Below, piece after piece: positions 36,912 to 50,010 of a stretch of 64,000 nucleotides of DNA (the first letter of the stretch is position 1; each line of letters starts with the position of its first letter). The stretch is from the NCBI RefSeq assembly GCF_001194135.2, contig NC_068990.1, forward strand, positions 85,553,094 to 85,617,093. The letters run 5' to 3'. The notes beneath the pieces are model-generated. The model had not been told where the DNA came from. It did no database searches and saw only the letters and a program-made list of their open reading frames with translations. Source of the DNA: Octopus bimaculoides. Taxonomy: Eukaryota. The position numbers and the translations under genes are program-made.

Positions 36912-37597
36912 AGGAGGAGGAGGAGGAGGATTAGAGCATCACTTTGCGATGTTTGTTCCAGCTTTCTGTGTTCTGAAACCAAATCTCACCAGTATCAGCT
37001 CTGTCTTTCCTCATTATGAGATCAATAAAGAACCAACTGGGATTGATTCCCCCCGCCATCTCTCTCTCTCTCTCTCTCTCTTTCTCTATCTATCTATTTG
37101 TCACTTTCTCTCTTAGACTGCATCAGTAATTCTAACATCCACCTTCATCACGTTGCATAACACCAGTTCAGCCTGAGGATCACGTTAAGTGTACACATGC
37201 CTGTGGAATACTCATCCAATTACACATTAATTTCACAAGTAGGAATTCAGTCCAATGAAGAACTAAATTGCTCATCATCATATAAAATCAATAAAGAATC
37301 CACTGTTTAATTAAATAAATCCACCACTACTAATTAAATTGTGATTTTTATTACTCGTTATGTCAAGTATAATGGCAATATATTTGGGTTTTATTACCAA
37401 AATCTGTAATAAACATAAACGACGTTCCTTCCTTTGTCATATTTTATTAACACTTCAGAGAGAGGTTGCTAAGCAATCATTGGACCAGCTAGAAATAGCA
37501 GCCAAATATCTCTCTCCCTCTCTCACTCTAGCTTGACGGAACAAAGATAATGTTCTTAGCCTTAGATGTATTCAATCTATTACTGACATAAAAGGAA

Positions 37598-37762
37598 TCT
37601 TTTCTAATCTAGGAACAAGGCCCGAAACTTTTGGGGGAGGGGGCCAGTCAAGTAGACTGACTCCAGTATGCAACTACTACTTAATTTATCAACCCCGAAA
37701 TGATGAAAGGCAAAGTTGACCTTGGTGGAATTTGAACTCAGAACATAAAGACAGACGAAATA
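37598..37762 (-). mobile_element. SINE family B
   Basis: Core and B box in reverse. Confidence 0.8.
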
Positions 37763-38019
37763 CCTTGTCCAGGAATCAAAACCACACTCTTACAATCAAG
37801 AGTTCAATGCCCTAACCTCTAAGCCACGTGCCTCCACATATCCCACAGAGTAACTTGTGGTAAATACTCCATATTTTCTTTAAGCAGTCTATCTAAGATC
37901 CATTCTTCTCATCTCTTAAATCCACAGACCCACAAGTCAGTGCCTTCTGCATGTCTAGATTCATCTGCAACCATCTATCTATGTATCTACTATATATTTA
38001 CGTCTGAAAAGACCATATA

Positions 38020-38444
38020 TACTCTTTTACTCTTTACTCTTTTACTTGTTTCAGTCATTGACTGCGGCCATGCTGGAGCACCGCCTTTAGTCGAGCAAAT
38101 CGACCCCAGGACTTATTCTTTGGAAGCCTAGTACTTATTCTATCGGTCGCTTTTGCCAAACCGCTAAGTTACGGGGACGTAAACAGACCAGCATCGGTTG
38201 TCAAGCGATGTTGGGGGGACAAACACAGACACACAAACACACACACACATATATATATATTCATATACATATATATACGACGGGCTTCTTTCAGTTTCCA
38301 TCTACCAAATCCACTCACAAGGCTTTGGTCGGCCCAAGGCTATAGTAGAAGACACTTGCCCAAGGTGCCACGCAGTGGGAATGAACCCAGAACCATGTGG
38401 TTGGTAAGCAAGCTACTTACCACACAGCTACTCCTGCACCTATA
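38020..38444 (-). mobile_element. SINE family A, full length
   Basis: Near identical to 1632-2049. Confidence 0.92.
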
Positions 38445-38865
38445 TATGTATACAGTATTAGTAAAATAAAGTATTTTATGCTTTCTAAAGCATGATATTG
38501 TACACTTTATGAAACACACACATATATCAGCAAATTAACTGCCAGGATTACATAATTTCAGGTTGAAATGTTATATAACCTTATTGATTCACCCCTACAG
38601 AGTTTAGCAAAAAATACAAACAATGCTGTTAAGTGCACAATAAATGTCCCCATTATGCAAATTATTAACTAAACATCAAACGTAAAAAAACACCTTTATC
38701 CCTTTACTTCATTGCTTTTATATCAAAACTGATATGAAAAATATCTTAAGTAAATCAGGTTATGTTGGGAGTTTCTGGTTTATTTATTTATTTATCCCTT
38801 TTTTTTTTTTTGTATATCTGACAAAATTTCCATATCTTAATGTAAGACTGGTTGTGTATCTACAA

Positions 38866-38908
<43 letters not shown>

Positions 38909-40703
38909 TATTTGCGCACTTGTGGGTTTTTTTGTTAATGGGTACCTGAAACAAATTGATTTTTGAGTATTGTATACAATGCTAAAATACAATTTGTCTC
39001 CAAAACCCATTATAGGAAACCAACATTTTATACTGTATTACATTAAACACCAAAAACAAAATATCAATGTAAAGACACATATGGAAGCACAGGCATGGCT
39101 GTGTGGTTAAGAAGTTTACTTCCTAACCATGTGGTCTTGAGTTCAATTCCACTATTATACATTCAATGTTGTTACTTTCCAACTTTCCATAGAAAAACAT
39201 GCCTGGCCATGAGAAACATTAACTTGCCTGGAAACAGCTGAGAACTGGCAACAGGAAGGGCATCCAGATGTAGAAAATCTGTCTCAACAAATTCCATTTG
39301 ACCCAAGCAAGCATGGAACAGTAGAGGTCCAATGATGATAATATTGATGATCATATATATATANNNNNNNNNNNNNNNNNNNNNNNNNNNNNNNNNNNNN
39401 NNNNNNNNNNNNNNNNNNNNNNNNNNNNNNNNNNNNNNNNNNNNNNNNNNNNNNNNNNNNNNNNNNNNNNNNNNNNNNNNNNNNNNNNNNNNNNNNNNNN
39501 NNNNNNNNNNNNNNNNNNNNNNNNNNNNNNNNNNNNNNNNNNNNNNNNNNNNNNNNNNNNNNNNNNNNNNNNNNNNNNNNNNNNNNNNNNNNNNNNNNNN
39601 NNNNNNNNNNNNNNNNNNNNNNNNNNNNNNNNNNNNNNNNNNNNNNNNNNNNNNNNNNNNNNNNNNNNNNNNNNNNNNNNNNNNNNNNNNNNNNNNNNNN
39701 NNNNNNNNNNNNNNNNNNNNNNNNNNNNNNNNNNNNNNNNNNNNNNNNNNNNNNNNNNNNNNNNNNNNNNNNNNNNNNNNNNNNNNNNNNNNNNNNNNNN
39801 NNNNNNNNNNNNNNNNNNNNNNNNNNNNNNNNNNNNNNNNNNNNNNNNNNNNNNNNNNNNNNNNNNNNNNNNNNNNNNNNNNNNNNNNNNNNNNNNNNNN
39901 NNNNNNNNNNNNNNNNNNNNNNNNNNNNNNNNNNNNNNNNNNNNNNNNNNNNNNNNNNNNNNNNNNNNNNNNNNNNNNNNNNNNNNNNNNNNNNNNNNNN
40001 NNNNNNNNNNNNNNNNNNNNNNNNNNNNNNNNNNNNNNNNNNNNNNNNNNNNNNNNNNNNNNNNNNNNNNNNNNNNNNNNNNNNNNNNNNNNNNNNNNNN
40101 NNNNNNNNNNNNNNNNNNNNNNNNNNNNNNNNNNNNNNNNNNNNNNNNNNNNNNNNNNNNNNNNNNNNNNNNNNNNNNNNNNNNNNNNNNNNNNNNNNNN
40201 NNNNNNNNNNNNNNNNNNNNNNNNNNNNNNNNNNNAGAGAGTGAGAGAGAGAGAGAGAGAGAGCCAAATCAAAAATAAAAAACAGGAAAAATAACAAAAG
40301 TCAATTAGACATACCCCGTGAATATATTAGATTGACACTTGAACGATAAAACTTACTGAAGCAAGATAGGATTCTAAAATGATCATTAGTATATTGTAAT
40401 AAAGAAAATCCATATCTGGAGATCGATAAGTATAGTTATCAATAGTACACATGCACACACTGGAGTTATAAACAAAGAAAAGAATCAGGAAAAACCTTTA
40501 CAAATGTACAGGAAAACAGAGCAAGAGGACCAATCAGATTTTGAGAAAAAAATTCAGATAAAAAATACTGGGAGGGAAAAGGGGGGTGGAGGGTTTGTAA
40601 GAAACCTTCAATGACACACTTGCAAGTCTTTACTTTCACACTCACTTTCTCTTTTGGACAATTATAACCAAGAAATAACTTCACAGTAGGGATTTAAAAT
40701 ACT

Positions 40704-41321
40704 TTAACTTTTTAGCATTTAAACTGGTCATAACCAGCCCAAATGCTCTACATGTTTTATGTTCAAGCTGGCCAGATTTGGCCTCTCACACACATCCTAC
40801 AATGTCATTCTAAATACATACACTCAAAATCTCAAAGCAACAAGATAGTTGGCACTCCGTCGCTTATGACATCGAGGGTTCCAGTTGATCTGACCAACGG
40901 AACAGCCTGCTCGTGAAATTAATGTGCAAGTGGCTGAGCACTCCACAGACACGTGTACCCTTAATGTAGTTCTCAGGGATATTCAGCATGATACAGAGTG
41001 TGACAAGGCTGACCCTTTGAATTACAGGCACAAAAGAAAAAGGAAGAAAGACTGAGAGAAAGTTGTGGTGAAAGAGTACAGCAGGGTTCGCCACCATCCC
41101 CTGCCAGAGCCTCGTGGAGCTTTATGTGTTTTCGCTCAATAAACACTCACAACGCCCGGTCTGGGAATCGAAACCGCGATCTTATGACCGCGAGTCCGCT
41201 GCCCTAACCACTGGGCCAGTGCACCTCCACAGAGCAACAAGATAATGCATGATTAATTCAAAACAATGTGAATAAAATAAGCATTACATTTGACAGAGTA
41301 GTTTGAATGCAAAAGGGTTAA
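40704..41321. mobile_element. piggyBac-like MITE (TTAA...AAAGGG-TTAA) interrupted by a SINE
   Basis: TTAA at 40704 and 41318, right end AAAAGGGTTAA, left end degenerate. Similar AAAGGGTTAA ends occur near 6208-6218 and 28841-28851. Confidence 0.5.
40848..41232 (-). mobile_element. SINE family C (tRNA head GGAGG.GCAATGGCCCAGTGG...GGTTTCGATTCCC), full length with 12-bp TSD
   Basis: TSD AGCAACAAGATA at 40836-40847 and 41233-41244. Confidence 0.92.
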
Positions 41322-42036
41322 ATCAACATAAATCCTTTCATAAGCTAAGAGTCACTTAGAGTTCACAAATCTGATTCCTGTGGCATTAAGCAGGTATGAA
41401 ATAACTTTCCACTTGGACAAGAACCTGGTTTATTATGGGTAATGAAAAAATGTTACTGACACCAATGTATATTTATAAGGAAGAGAAAATTTATAAGCCA
41501 TGAACAATTAAACTTTTAAAAATATAACAGGATTTATTTATAAATAAATCTGATTTTAGTTTTCACAAATTGCATAGTTTACAGCTTGGAAAGAGCTTAT
41601 TCTGTAACATAATACACACTGCTGAGGACATGTTCACTCAAACATCATACATTAACACACACATACACACAACAGGCTTCTTTCAGTTTCCATCAACCAA
41701 ATCCACACACAGTGCTTTGGTCAGTTATAAGTTATAGTAGAAGACACTTGCCCAAGGCACCATGAAGTGGGACTGAACCTGAAACAATTTGATTGCAAAG
41801 TAAACTTTTTAACCATACAGAAGCCCATCATATGTGTGGGTGTGTGTGTGTGTGTGTGTGGAAGGGGTGGAACAGGTAGATTATCAGCTACGGTTGTTTC
41901 ATAACTCGCTGAAGTTCATTACATAAGTAGCAACATATTGAGGGTGATTCAGAAGAAGTTAGAATTTAAACGATAGGCATATTTAAAATGGTAAGGGGAC
42001 TTCTGAATAACCCTGTGTGTGTGTGTGTATGTGTGT

Positions 42037-42091
<55 letters not shown>

Positions 42092-42371
42092 TGTCTGTCT
42101 GTGTGTCTGTGTGTGTGCAATGTGTGGATGTGAGCAAAAAAGTGCTTATGTCAACATGTCTTCACATTCTCAGTGTTGAAGCAAAATAGAGATTCTTATT
42201 TACATTTCCTGTAAACAAATACATCCTACAGGGTGGCAGTTTCTTGATGTGCAGAGCAGGAGAATGAAAATTACCCTATTTAAAAATAAAAACAAAGGTG
42301 CCCAAAGTGTAGACAACAGGAAGAACACCCAGCCATAGCAAAACTGCCTCAATATGTGTAATTATTAAGGT

Positions 42372-42582
42372 CGTGAGCTGGCAGAAACGTTAGTATGCTG
42401 AGCGAAATGCTTAGCGGTATTTCGACTGTCTTTACATTCTGAGTTCAAATTCCGTCAAGATCAGCTTTGCTTTTCATCCTATCAAGGTCAATAAATTAAG
42501 TACCAGTTGCATACTGGGGTTGATCTAATCGACTGGCCCTCTTCCATAAAATTTTGGGCCTTATGGCTAGAGTAGAAAAGAA
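42372..42582 (+). mobile_element. SINE family B, near full length
   Basis: Head, core, tail. Confidence 0.82.
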
Positions 42583-42954
42583 CGTGTCGCTAAACTTATG
42601 CTAGCTTGGAAGAAAAAGACATAAGATGAAGAAAGAGCTATTGTTGGCTGATGCACAAAGATATATATCCAGTTTATATATAGTCAGGTAAGAAAATCTT
42701 GTTCTAATGCCTGATCAATAATATATCAGACTTGATGCATGCTATAAAATTAATATGTGTATCTGCATGAATGTATTGATGTATATCCGTGTGTGTGTGT
42801 GTACAAATAATAATAATATTGACGATGATGATAATTACTAAATGCTGAACACTGAGTGCCAACTCCTGTCAAATAAAACTTAACCAAATGAACCAATTAT
42901 TTTCTTGCTTTTACATGAATCACTACTTCTTATTGCCCTACATTTTACATGAGT

Positions 42955-43137
42955 CACTAACCCATTATCACCCCACTTTTCTTCAACGCCCCCTTGGAAA
43001 TTTCCACCACCCCCAGGGGAGCAATACTGCCCACTTTGGGAACCACTAACCCATTATCACCCCACTTTTCTTCAATGCTCCCTTGGAACTTTCCACCACC
43101 CCCAGGGGGGCAATACCGCCCAGTTTGGGAACCACTG
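42955..43137 (-). repeat. Tandem duplication (2 x ~89 bp) of a hAT-like MITE terminus
   Basis: Both units end TTTGGGAACCACT(G), the reverse complement of the CAGTGGTTCCCAAA hAT-type terminus. Confidence 0.65.
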
Positions 43138-43347
43138 ACCTAGAGCATTATCAAGTTTATACACACACACACACAAGAAAGACAGCCCAGACAGACAGTT
43201 CTTACAAACTAGGATGTCCAATTCTTGGGCTGAGTCAGAGGAGCAATACATGACGCCATAGGTAAGCATGTAGTAGTTAGGTAGGTCGGTTGGTGAGTAA
43301 ACACTGTCAGTGTCAGATTTAAGATTTGAAGATTTATAGGCAACATA

Positions 43348-43436
<89 letters not shown>

Positions 43437-43530
43437 GCATACATACACATACATGATAGTGTCAATGATGTTCTTCTATATCTATCACTATGACAAATCG
43501 TCATCATCACTATTACTGGTTTCAGTGTTG

Positions 43531-43722
43531 TCATCATCATCATCATCATCGTTTAACGTCCGCCTTCCATGCTGGCATGGGTTGGACGATTTGACTGAAG
43601 ACTGGTGAACCAGATGGCTGCACCAGGCTCCAATCTGATCTGGCAGAGTTTCTACAGCTGGATGCCCCCTTCCTAACGCCAACCACTCCAAGAGTGTAGT
43701 GGGTGCTTTTACATGCCACCTG
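43531..43722 (-). mobile_element. Family D, 3' part
   Basis: Matches 15131-15300. Other partial copies near 7060-7210, 9381-9632, 20205-20297, 28190-28345, 39215-39345 (+), 55270-55442 (+). Confidence 0.85.
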
Positions 43723-44394
43723 GTTGGTACTTTATTAACCCTGAAAGCTTGAAAGACAAAGTTGACCTCTGTGGGATTTGAACTCAAGGTTCTGTGGCCG
43801 GAAACAAACATTCTATCTGATCCACTAACCACTCTGCTAACTTGCCACTTCTCATTTGCCCAACGACGCACCTCCTATAAATGATTTGTGCAATTAGAGC
43901 TTGCCTGGGGCGACAAAACAACAACATTGCCTCCAATAATATCAATACCACCAAATAACAGAAGAGTTTATGCAAGTATCATTAATTACATACTTGAAAC
44001 AATAAACTTTTACAGCCTTTGCCAAAACAATAAAAACATTGTTCCATCAGCTTTATATACTTGTCAAGCAGATCTAATTTACATAATGCAAAGCTACCTC
44101 TCTCAGATGAAGTAGTTTATATCTCATAGATATAAACTACTTTATACATTTTCTCAAAAGAAATATGTTAATCTACAATGTTGGATAATAAATTAATTGC
44201 TGAGAGAGGAAGAAGGAGGAGTGAGAGAGACAAACAGACAGACAGAGTGTATTTACATAAACATTATAGTGGTCATACTGCTATATGGAATTCCATCCCA
44301 GTCAGCAGACGTTTGATTTTTGCCCTTGTAGCAAATATAAAACTCAGACTGACAAACAGGTGTCTAATCTGTATAGTAAATAACAGAATCTCAC

Positions 44395-44448
44395 CAAACT
44401 GAGAGAGCCGAAAAGGCTGGATGCACTGGACACCACCAGATCCCTCTC
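44395..44448 (-). CDS. Candidate upstream exon (G-EGSGGVQCIQPFRLSQF)
   Basis: Acceptor ttttatcttacatgttAG (44450-44449), donor G|GTGAGA (44394). Phase 1-1, 54 nt, GC-richer than flanks. G+AA=Glu joins exon 22011. Confidence 0.5.
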
Positions 44449-44520
44449 CTAACATGTAAGATAAAATACACACACACACGTATATGTGTGCATGTGTGTG
44501 TGTATGTGTAATTCGTTTTT

Positions 44521-44710
44521 TTTTTCTTTTTCACTTGTTTCATTAGTTTGACTGCAGCCATGCTGGAGCACCACCTTTAGTTGAGCAAATCGACCCCAGG
44601 ACTTATTCTTTGTAAGCCTACTACTTATTCTATCAGTCTCTTTTGCCAAACTGCTAAGTTACGGGGACGTAAACACACCACCATCAGTTGTCAAGTGATG
44701 TTGGGGGGAC
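44521..44710 (-). mobile_element. SINE family A 3' half
   Basis: Family tail motifs. Confidence 0.85.
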
Positions 44711-44809
44711 ATTATAAGAATTAATTCGTTAAACAGTGTTCAATAAATGTCATCAAATAAAATGAAATGAAGCAGATTTTGTTGTTAATGATGGATTATT
44801 CATTTATGC

Positions 44810-44840
<31 letters not shown>

Positions 44841-45310
44841 CATACATATATATGCATGAAACGGATTTTTATTCAGTCAGGCAACTAATTGCAAAACCAG
44901 TAATTTTTCAATCACTGTTTTCTTATGTTGGTTAGTAACAAATTTTGTCTTAGCATGTCATTGGCTCAGAGTACACACCACTGATGATGACTAAAAAGGC
45001 AGAAATGCACATCAAGCATTTTCACCTGCTGTATATAGTATTTTTGTATATAGTATTTTTATACACAGCACAACCATAACAGATATTATGTCAAGAAGAA
45101 TACTAAAGCAAATTTATCTTTTCATAATGTACTTACACAGTTAGCTATTTTAATCTAATGCTGCTTCTGCTACATATAACAGACTTTTATTCAGCTAAGC
45201 AGTTATTTGCAACATCAGTGACTTTTCATTTCATCTTGGCATGTAGTAGGCTGTGGACTACAAGCAGCTGACAACACCCAATGAGGCAGAAATGCAACTA
45301 GCCTTCTCAC

Positions 45311-45385
45311 CAGCTGCTGCTAGGATGATTTTCGTCTGCCTCCAATACATATTGTGGTTTTTAAACACAGGAAATCTCCGGATGA
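45311..45385 (-). CDS. Candidate upstream exon (IRRFPVFKNHN-MYWRQTKIILAAA; possible ATG at 45350)
   Basis: Donor CTG|GTGAGA (45310), phase 1, in frame with exon 44448. Possible acceptor gatAG (45387-45386), or translation start at 45350. Confidence 0.42.
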
Positions 45386-47321
45386 CTATCACAGTAAATT
45401 TGCCTTTTCACAATGTATGTACATTAATTATGATATATAGATATCTATTTTATTCTAATACTGTTCCTGCTACATACAACAGATGTATATGTCAGTATTA
45501 CATAGATATATTTAGAAAATTTTCTATATACCAAAGACACACACACACACACAAACACACACGTATATATATACACATATATACACATACGTATTTATAT
45601 ACATACACACAGACATACATACATACACATACACACATATATACATACACATACACTTACATATATACATAGACGTGTGTGTGTGTGTGTGTGTGTAGTA
45701 AAATAATATATGGCTTCCTGTGGAATGAAATTTGAGGAATATATATGTACTAAAGTTCTTGACAGTACAACAGGAATTTATTAGCCATATGTAGTCAGCA
45801 AAAGGACATATATGTGTGTATGTGTGCATGCACACACACATATATATTTGTATATAAAACATGTACGCATGTGTGTCAGTCACATGCACAGACACACACT
45901 ATGTGTAGAACTACATCTGGCATGTTATTAAATAGAAAACATGTTTAAGCGCTGCCTTTCTTTACAAGGTCTTGCGTGTGTGTGTGTGTGTATGTGTGTG
46001 TGTGTGTGATTTACTTCTGTATAAGCCATATTATGTATAGCCAGAAAACTTTTGATGACAGGACTGTTTGTCTTGTAAAGGTGAACAAAAAGTAAGATTT
46101 ATGTCAGCTATTTTTGTGATAATAAAACAATGTATATATAGATTAACAGTGTGAACCCCCCACACATACACACACATTATGATGTGCTTTTAAATCATGA
46201 TAAATACCAGAGTTACATTAGAGCTCAATATAGTTTATTGTGTCAGACTCTCAAATATATATGTGTACATACACACATACATACATACACACACACAGAG
46301 GGTAGACAGAGATACAGACAGACAGACAGATCGATAGCTTTATGTACCAATATATTACCACACAGCCCACTAGACATCAAAGGACTGCTGACATACAGAG
46401 CTCGTATCATGACAATCCCACACCAATACCCTTGACCAGTTGTTCCTAGTTTATTTAACTTTGTGTGGGAGACAAAAATGTATTTAAAAAAATTATTTAT
46501 TTACCTTGTTTTATTTACCATACCTGTGTTTAAAATGATATGTTTTGCAAAACATTCAAAGATTAATATAGATTTTCTATAGTCTTAACTTATATATATT
46601 TTTTTTTTAATTCATGACACACCTAAACACCCACTGCATAAGTGCACTGGTGCAACATGGTGCAGGCAATATTTGTGAATCACTGCCCTAGATGCTAAAT
46701 ACGTCAAGTACACACAGACAGACAAACACATATACACACACTACACTACACGCACTCCTTTTCCAATTCTTTCATCCAAGAAATTTGGAATTGTGTAAAT
46801 GTATGAATTTTAAACATATACACACACACAGAAAATCTGCCTTTCATAGATAAGATATATATATATTTAATAGTTTATATTAGATATTATAAAAATCAGT
46901 TTGGAGTGGAATGCGTTTCAATATTCTTTTCTGCTCTCTGTACTCTGAGCTGAAGTCCTCTCAGGGTCGATAATTAAAGTACCAATCCAGCATGGTAGAC
47001 TGGCAAAATTGTTAGAGAATTGGGGGAGATATTCTGCCGTGTCTGTTTCTGGCTTTCTGGATTTAAATTCTGCTTAACTCTTAATGATGAAGGATAATTA
47101 CCTAACCACAGGAGCACACACTGTTCAACTTACAATTGGCCAGGTTGGGCAAGTCGGCCTACAACCAGTAGAAATAATCTGACAATGGTTAGCAGGAGAT
47201 TAAAAATGGCTGGATGAAAAATGTTTCAGCTTGAAGCAGAAAATAGAAACAAGTTCACTGATGAGATTTTAACCATATATCAGAACAAGAAAAAGAAAAA
47301 GTAGAGAGAGAGAGAGTGAAT

Positions 47322-47357
<36 letters not shown>

Positions 47358-48007
47358 TTCTACATGAATGGTTAAACAGAATGAACAAATGAAGCAATCT
47401 ATAATGAACAAATGAAGCAATCTATAAGTGTATGGTGAGGAAGAGAGCAGTGAAAACAGCTCTAATTACAATTTTTACAGTTGAGAGATTTTCAACTATC
47501 ACCTACATGACTCAGATACACCATCTTCTTTTCCAAGTACATCCAGGTTACCACATTGTTGCTTATACACTGCATGTCATTAGTAGGTGCATCATGTCAA
47601 CTGTGTCCAAACTCTCACACTGCATTCGTAAAATGCATATCAGTGCAACTATCTCAAGCACGTCCACATTATTAGCATGTGCAGTATNNNNNNNNNNNNN
47701 NNNNNNNNNNNNNNNNNNNNNNNNNNNNCATACATTGCATACCGAAGTGTGCAATATGTCAGCTATTTCCAAATTGTTATATTGTCACACACATATGAGA
47801 GTTCGCAGAATGTGAAGTATATCATAGCACCCCATGTATGTCAGAGTATGCCGCACGTGAAATATATTTACATTATTACACTACAGCCCATACAATTAAT
47901 TCCTTCACATACTATACACCAAAGTGTGCAGTCTGTGAAGCAGGACTGTTAATGAAAATGAAAAATATCTTTCACAAGCGCTTTCAAGGTTCTGTTATGG
48001 GCCAGCG

Positions 48008-48176
48008 TGGAGGTGCAATGGCCCAGTGGTTAGGGCAGCAGACTCGCGGTTGTAGGATTGCGGTTTCAATTCCCAGACCAGGCATCGTGAGTGTTTATAG
48101 AGCGAAAACACCTAAAGCTCCACGAGGCTCCAGCAGGGGATGGTGGCGAACCCTGCTGTACTTTTTCACCACAACT
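48008..48176 (+). mobile_element. SINE family C 5' part
   Basis: A box TGGCCCAGTGG and B box GGTTTCAATTCCC. Confidence 0.88.
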
Positions 48177-48361
48177 TATTAGCATTGTCCTGCATTTGAG
48201 AATTTAAAATCACTTCTTTAACTTTCCAAGACTTCTCAACACTTCTAAAAGCAAACTTCATTTTTGTTTGTTTACGTTTGTTGTAATTTGAATTTAACAT
48301 ATGATAGCGTCTCATAAAGCGAGATTTCTATACATCTTAAATTTTCAGAGAAATCTGCAGT

Positions 48362-48439
48362 GGGGGAGTTTAGCTCAATCGGTCAGAGCATCATGACGCA
48401 TAATCACGGAGATGCGAGTTCAAGTCCACAGCTAACCAC
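48362..48439 (+). pseudogene. tRNA-like sequence (CAT-anticodon-like loop), poor acceptor and T-stem pairing
   Basis: A box TAGCTCAATCGG, B box GAGTTCAAGTCC, followed by T6. Not a canonical cloverleaf. Confidence 0.55.
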
Positions 48440-48963
48440 CTACACTTTTTTCTGTAAAATAGGGGTAGTTTATCTTGTTCAGGCTATATTATTAGCATTA
48501 TCCTGCGATTGAGAATTTAAAATCACTTCTTTAACTTTCTAAGACATCTCAATGCTTCTAAAAGCAGACTTCGTGTGTTTGTTTACGTTTGTCGTAATTT
48601 GAATTGAAGCTAAAATAGTCAAAATTCAGACAACAAGCTAATGCGGCAACCTTTTTATGGTTGCTCAACCTAATAAAAATAATTACCAAATCTTCCTCAA
48701 ATCACACCTTAACCCCCTTAAAATACAGACAAATTGGATCAACAATTATCAAGAGTATCATGCTTCAATGATGTGGTCAGAATAAGACAGAAATATGTTC
48801 AGTGTTGTCTCCTGTACTTACTTATAAAAAGAATATAACATTAGTTGGTGACTAATATTGTATTCTTCCTTACTGTGTGTTTATTTTTAGTTTGAGTTCT
48901 TTTTTTTTTTTTGCTTTGTTCCCAGCATTAACACTGGTTTTATTAGACACAGTATGTGTGTAA

Positions 48964-49004
<41 letters not shown>

Positions 49005-49830
49005 ATGGTCACTGTAAGTACGACTTTGATCAATGAATGGAAATAAAATCAAAAGCAAAAGTCACAGGAGAGAAAAAAAGTATTGTATTTCATTTACTAC
49101 CATAAATAATAGAGAAAGTAATTAAACAAATGTTTTATGAAGTCACTTATTAACGAGAATAAATGACTTTTATATAACGACCACACATTTTATATAATGG
49201 CATTAAGCATATGCAGGGGGAGGGGAACATGAGGTTTTATTCAATAACATCTTGCATCGTTTTTTTTCTTTTACTTGTTTCAGTCATTGGACTGTGGCCA
49301 AGTTGGAGCATCACCTTGAAGGGTTTAACAGAACAAACAAATCCAGTATTGATTTTTAAGTCTGGTAAATTATTCTATCAGTCTCTTTTGCCAAACTGCT
49401 AGGTTATGGGGACAGAGCATCAAACTAACACACCAGCTTGTTGCTTATACACTTGTCTTCGTATTTTGCTTTTCTGTAAATTTCAACTATATATATATAT
49501 ACATATTATTATTTTATTACTTTATTATTTTATTATTTCATTATTTTAATATTATTTTAATATTTATTACTTTGTATTTTTATTATAGGTCTTTTTAGTG
49601 TAGTTACTTTTTAAATTTTTCTATATATGACTGTGGATTTTCATGGATGAATTCAATAATTGTGGTTTCTTTCTCTAAATTATATATTTATTATATATAN
49701 NNNNNNNNNNNNNNNNNNNNNNNNNNNNNNNNNNNNNNNNNNNNNNNNNNNNNNNNNNNNNNNNNNNNNNNNNNNNNNNNNNNNNNNNNNNNNNNNNNNN
49801 NNNNNNNNNNNNNNTATATATATATATATA

Positions 49831-50010
49831 TATTTCGTCTGCCGTTACGTTCTGAGTTCAAATTCCGCCAAGGTCGACTTTGCCTTTCATCCTTTCGGGG
49901 TCAATTAAATAAGTACCAGTTACGCACCGGGGTCGATATAATCAACTTAATCCGTTTGTCTGTCTTTGTTTGTCCCCTCTGTGTGTAGCCCCTTGTGGGT
50001 AGTAAAGAAA
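49831..50010 (+). mobile_element. SINE family B
   Basis: Near-consensus core and tail. Confidence 0.85.

Noticed and set aside
40357-40413. Possible start exon MDFLYYNILMIILESYLAS with AG/GTAAGT
   Set aside because: Its phase-0 end has no convincing phase-0 acceptor before exon 22011. Left as unsupported.
41885-42016. GAATAACCCTGT end resembling a Tc1 TIR
   Set aside because: Only one short terminus is recognisable, with no partner TIR.
43866-43898. 33-nt phase 2-2 exon-like segment (QALIAQIIYR) with a strong acceptor
   Set aside because: Incompatible with the flanking phase-1 candidate chain and no independent support.
48362-48439. Functional tRNA-Met gene
   Set aside because: Acceptor and T stems do not pair and loop position 33 is G, so it is treated as a tRNA-derived repeat.
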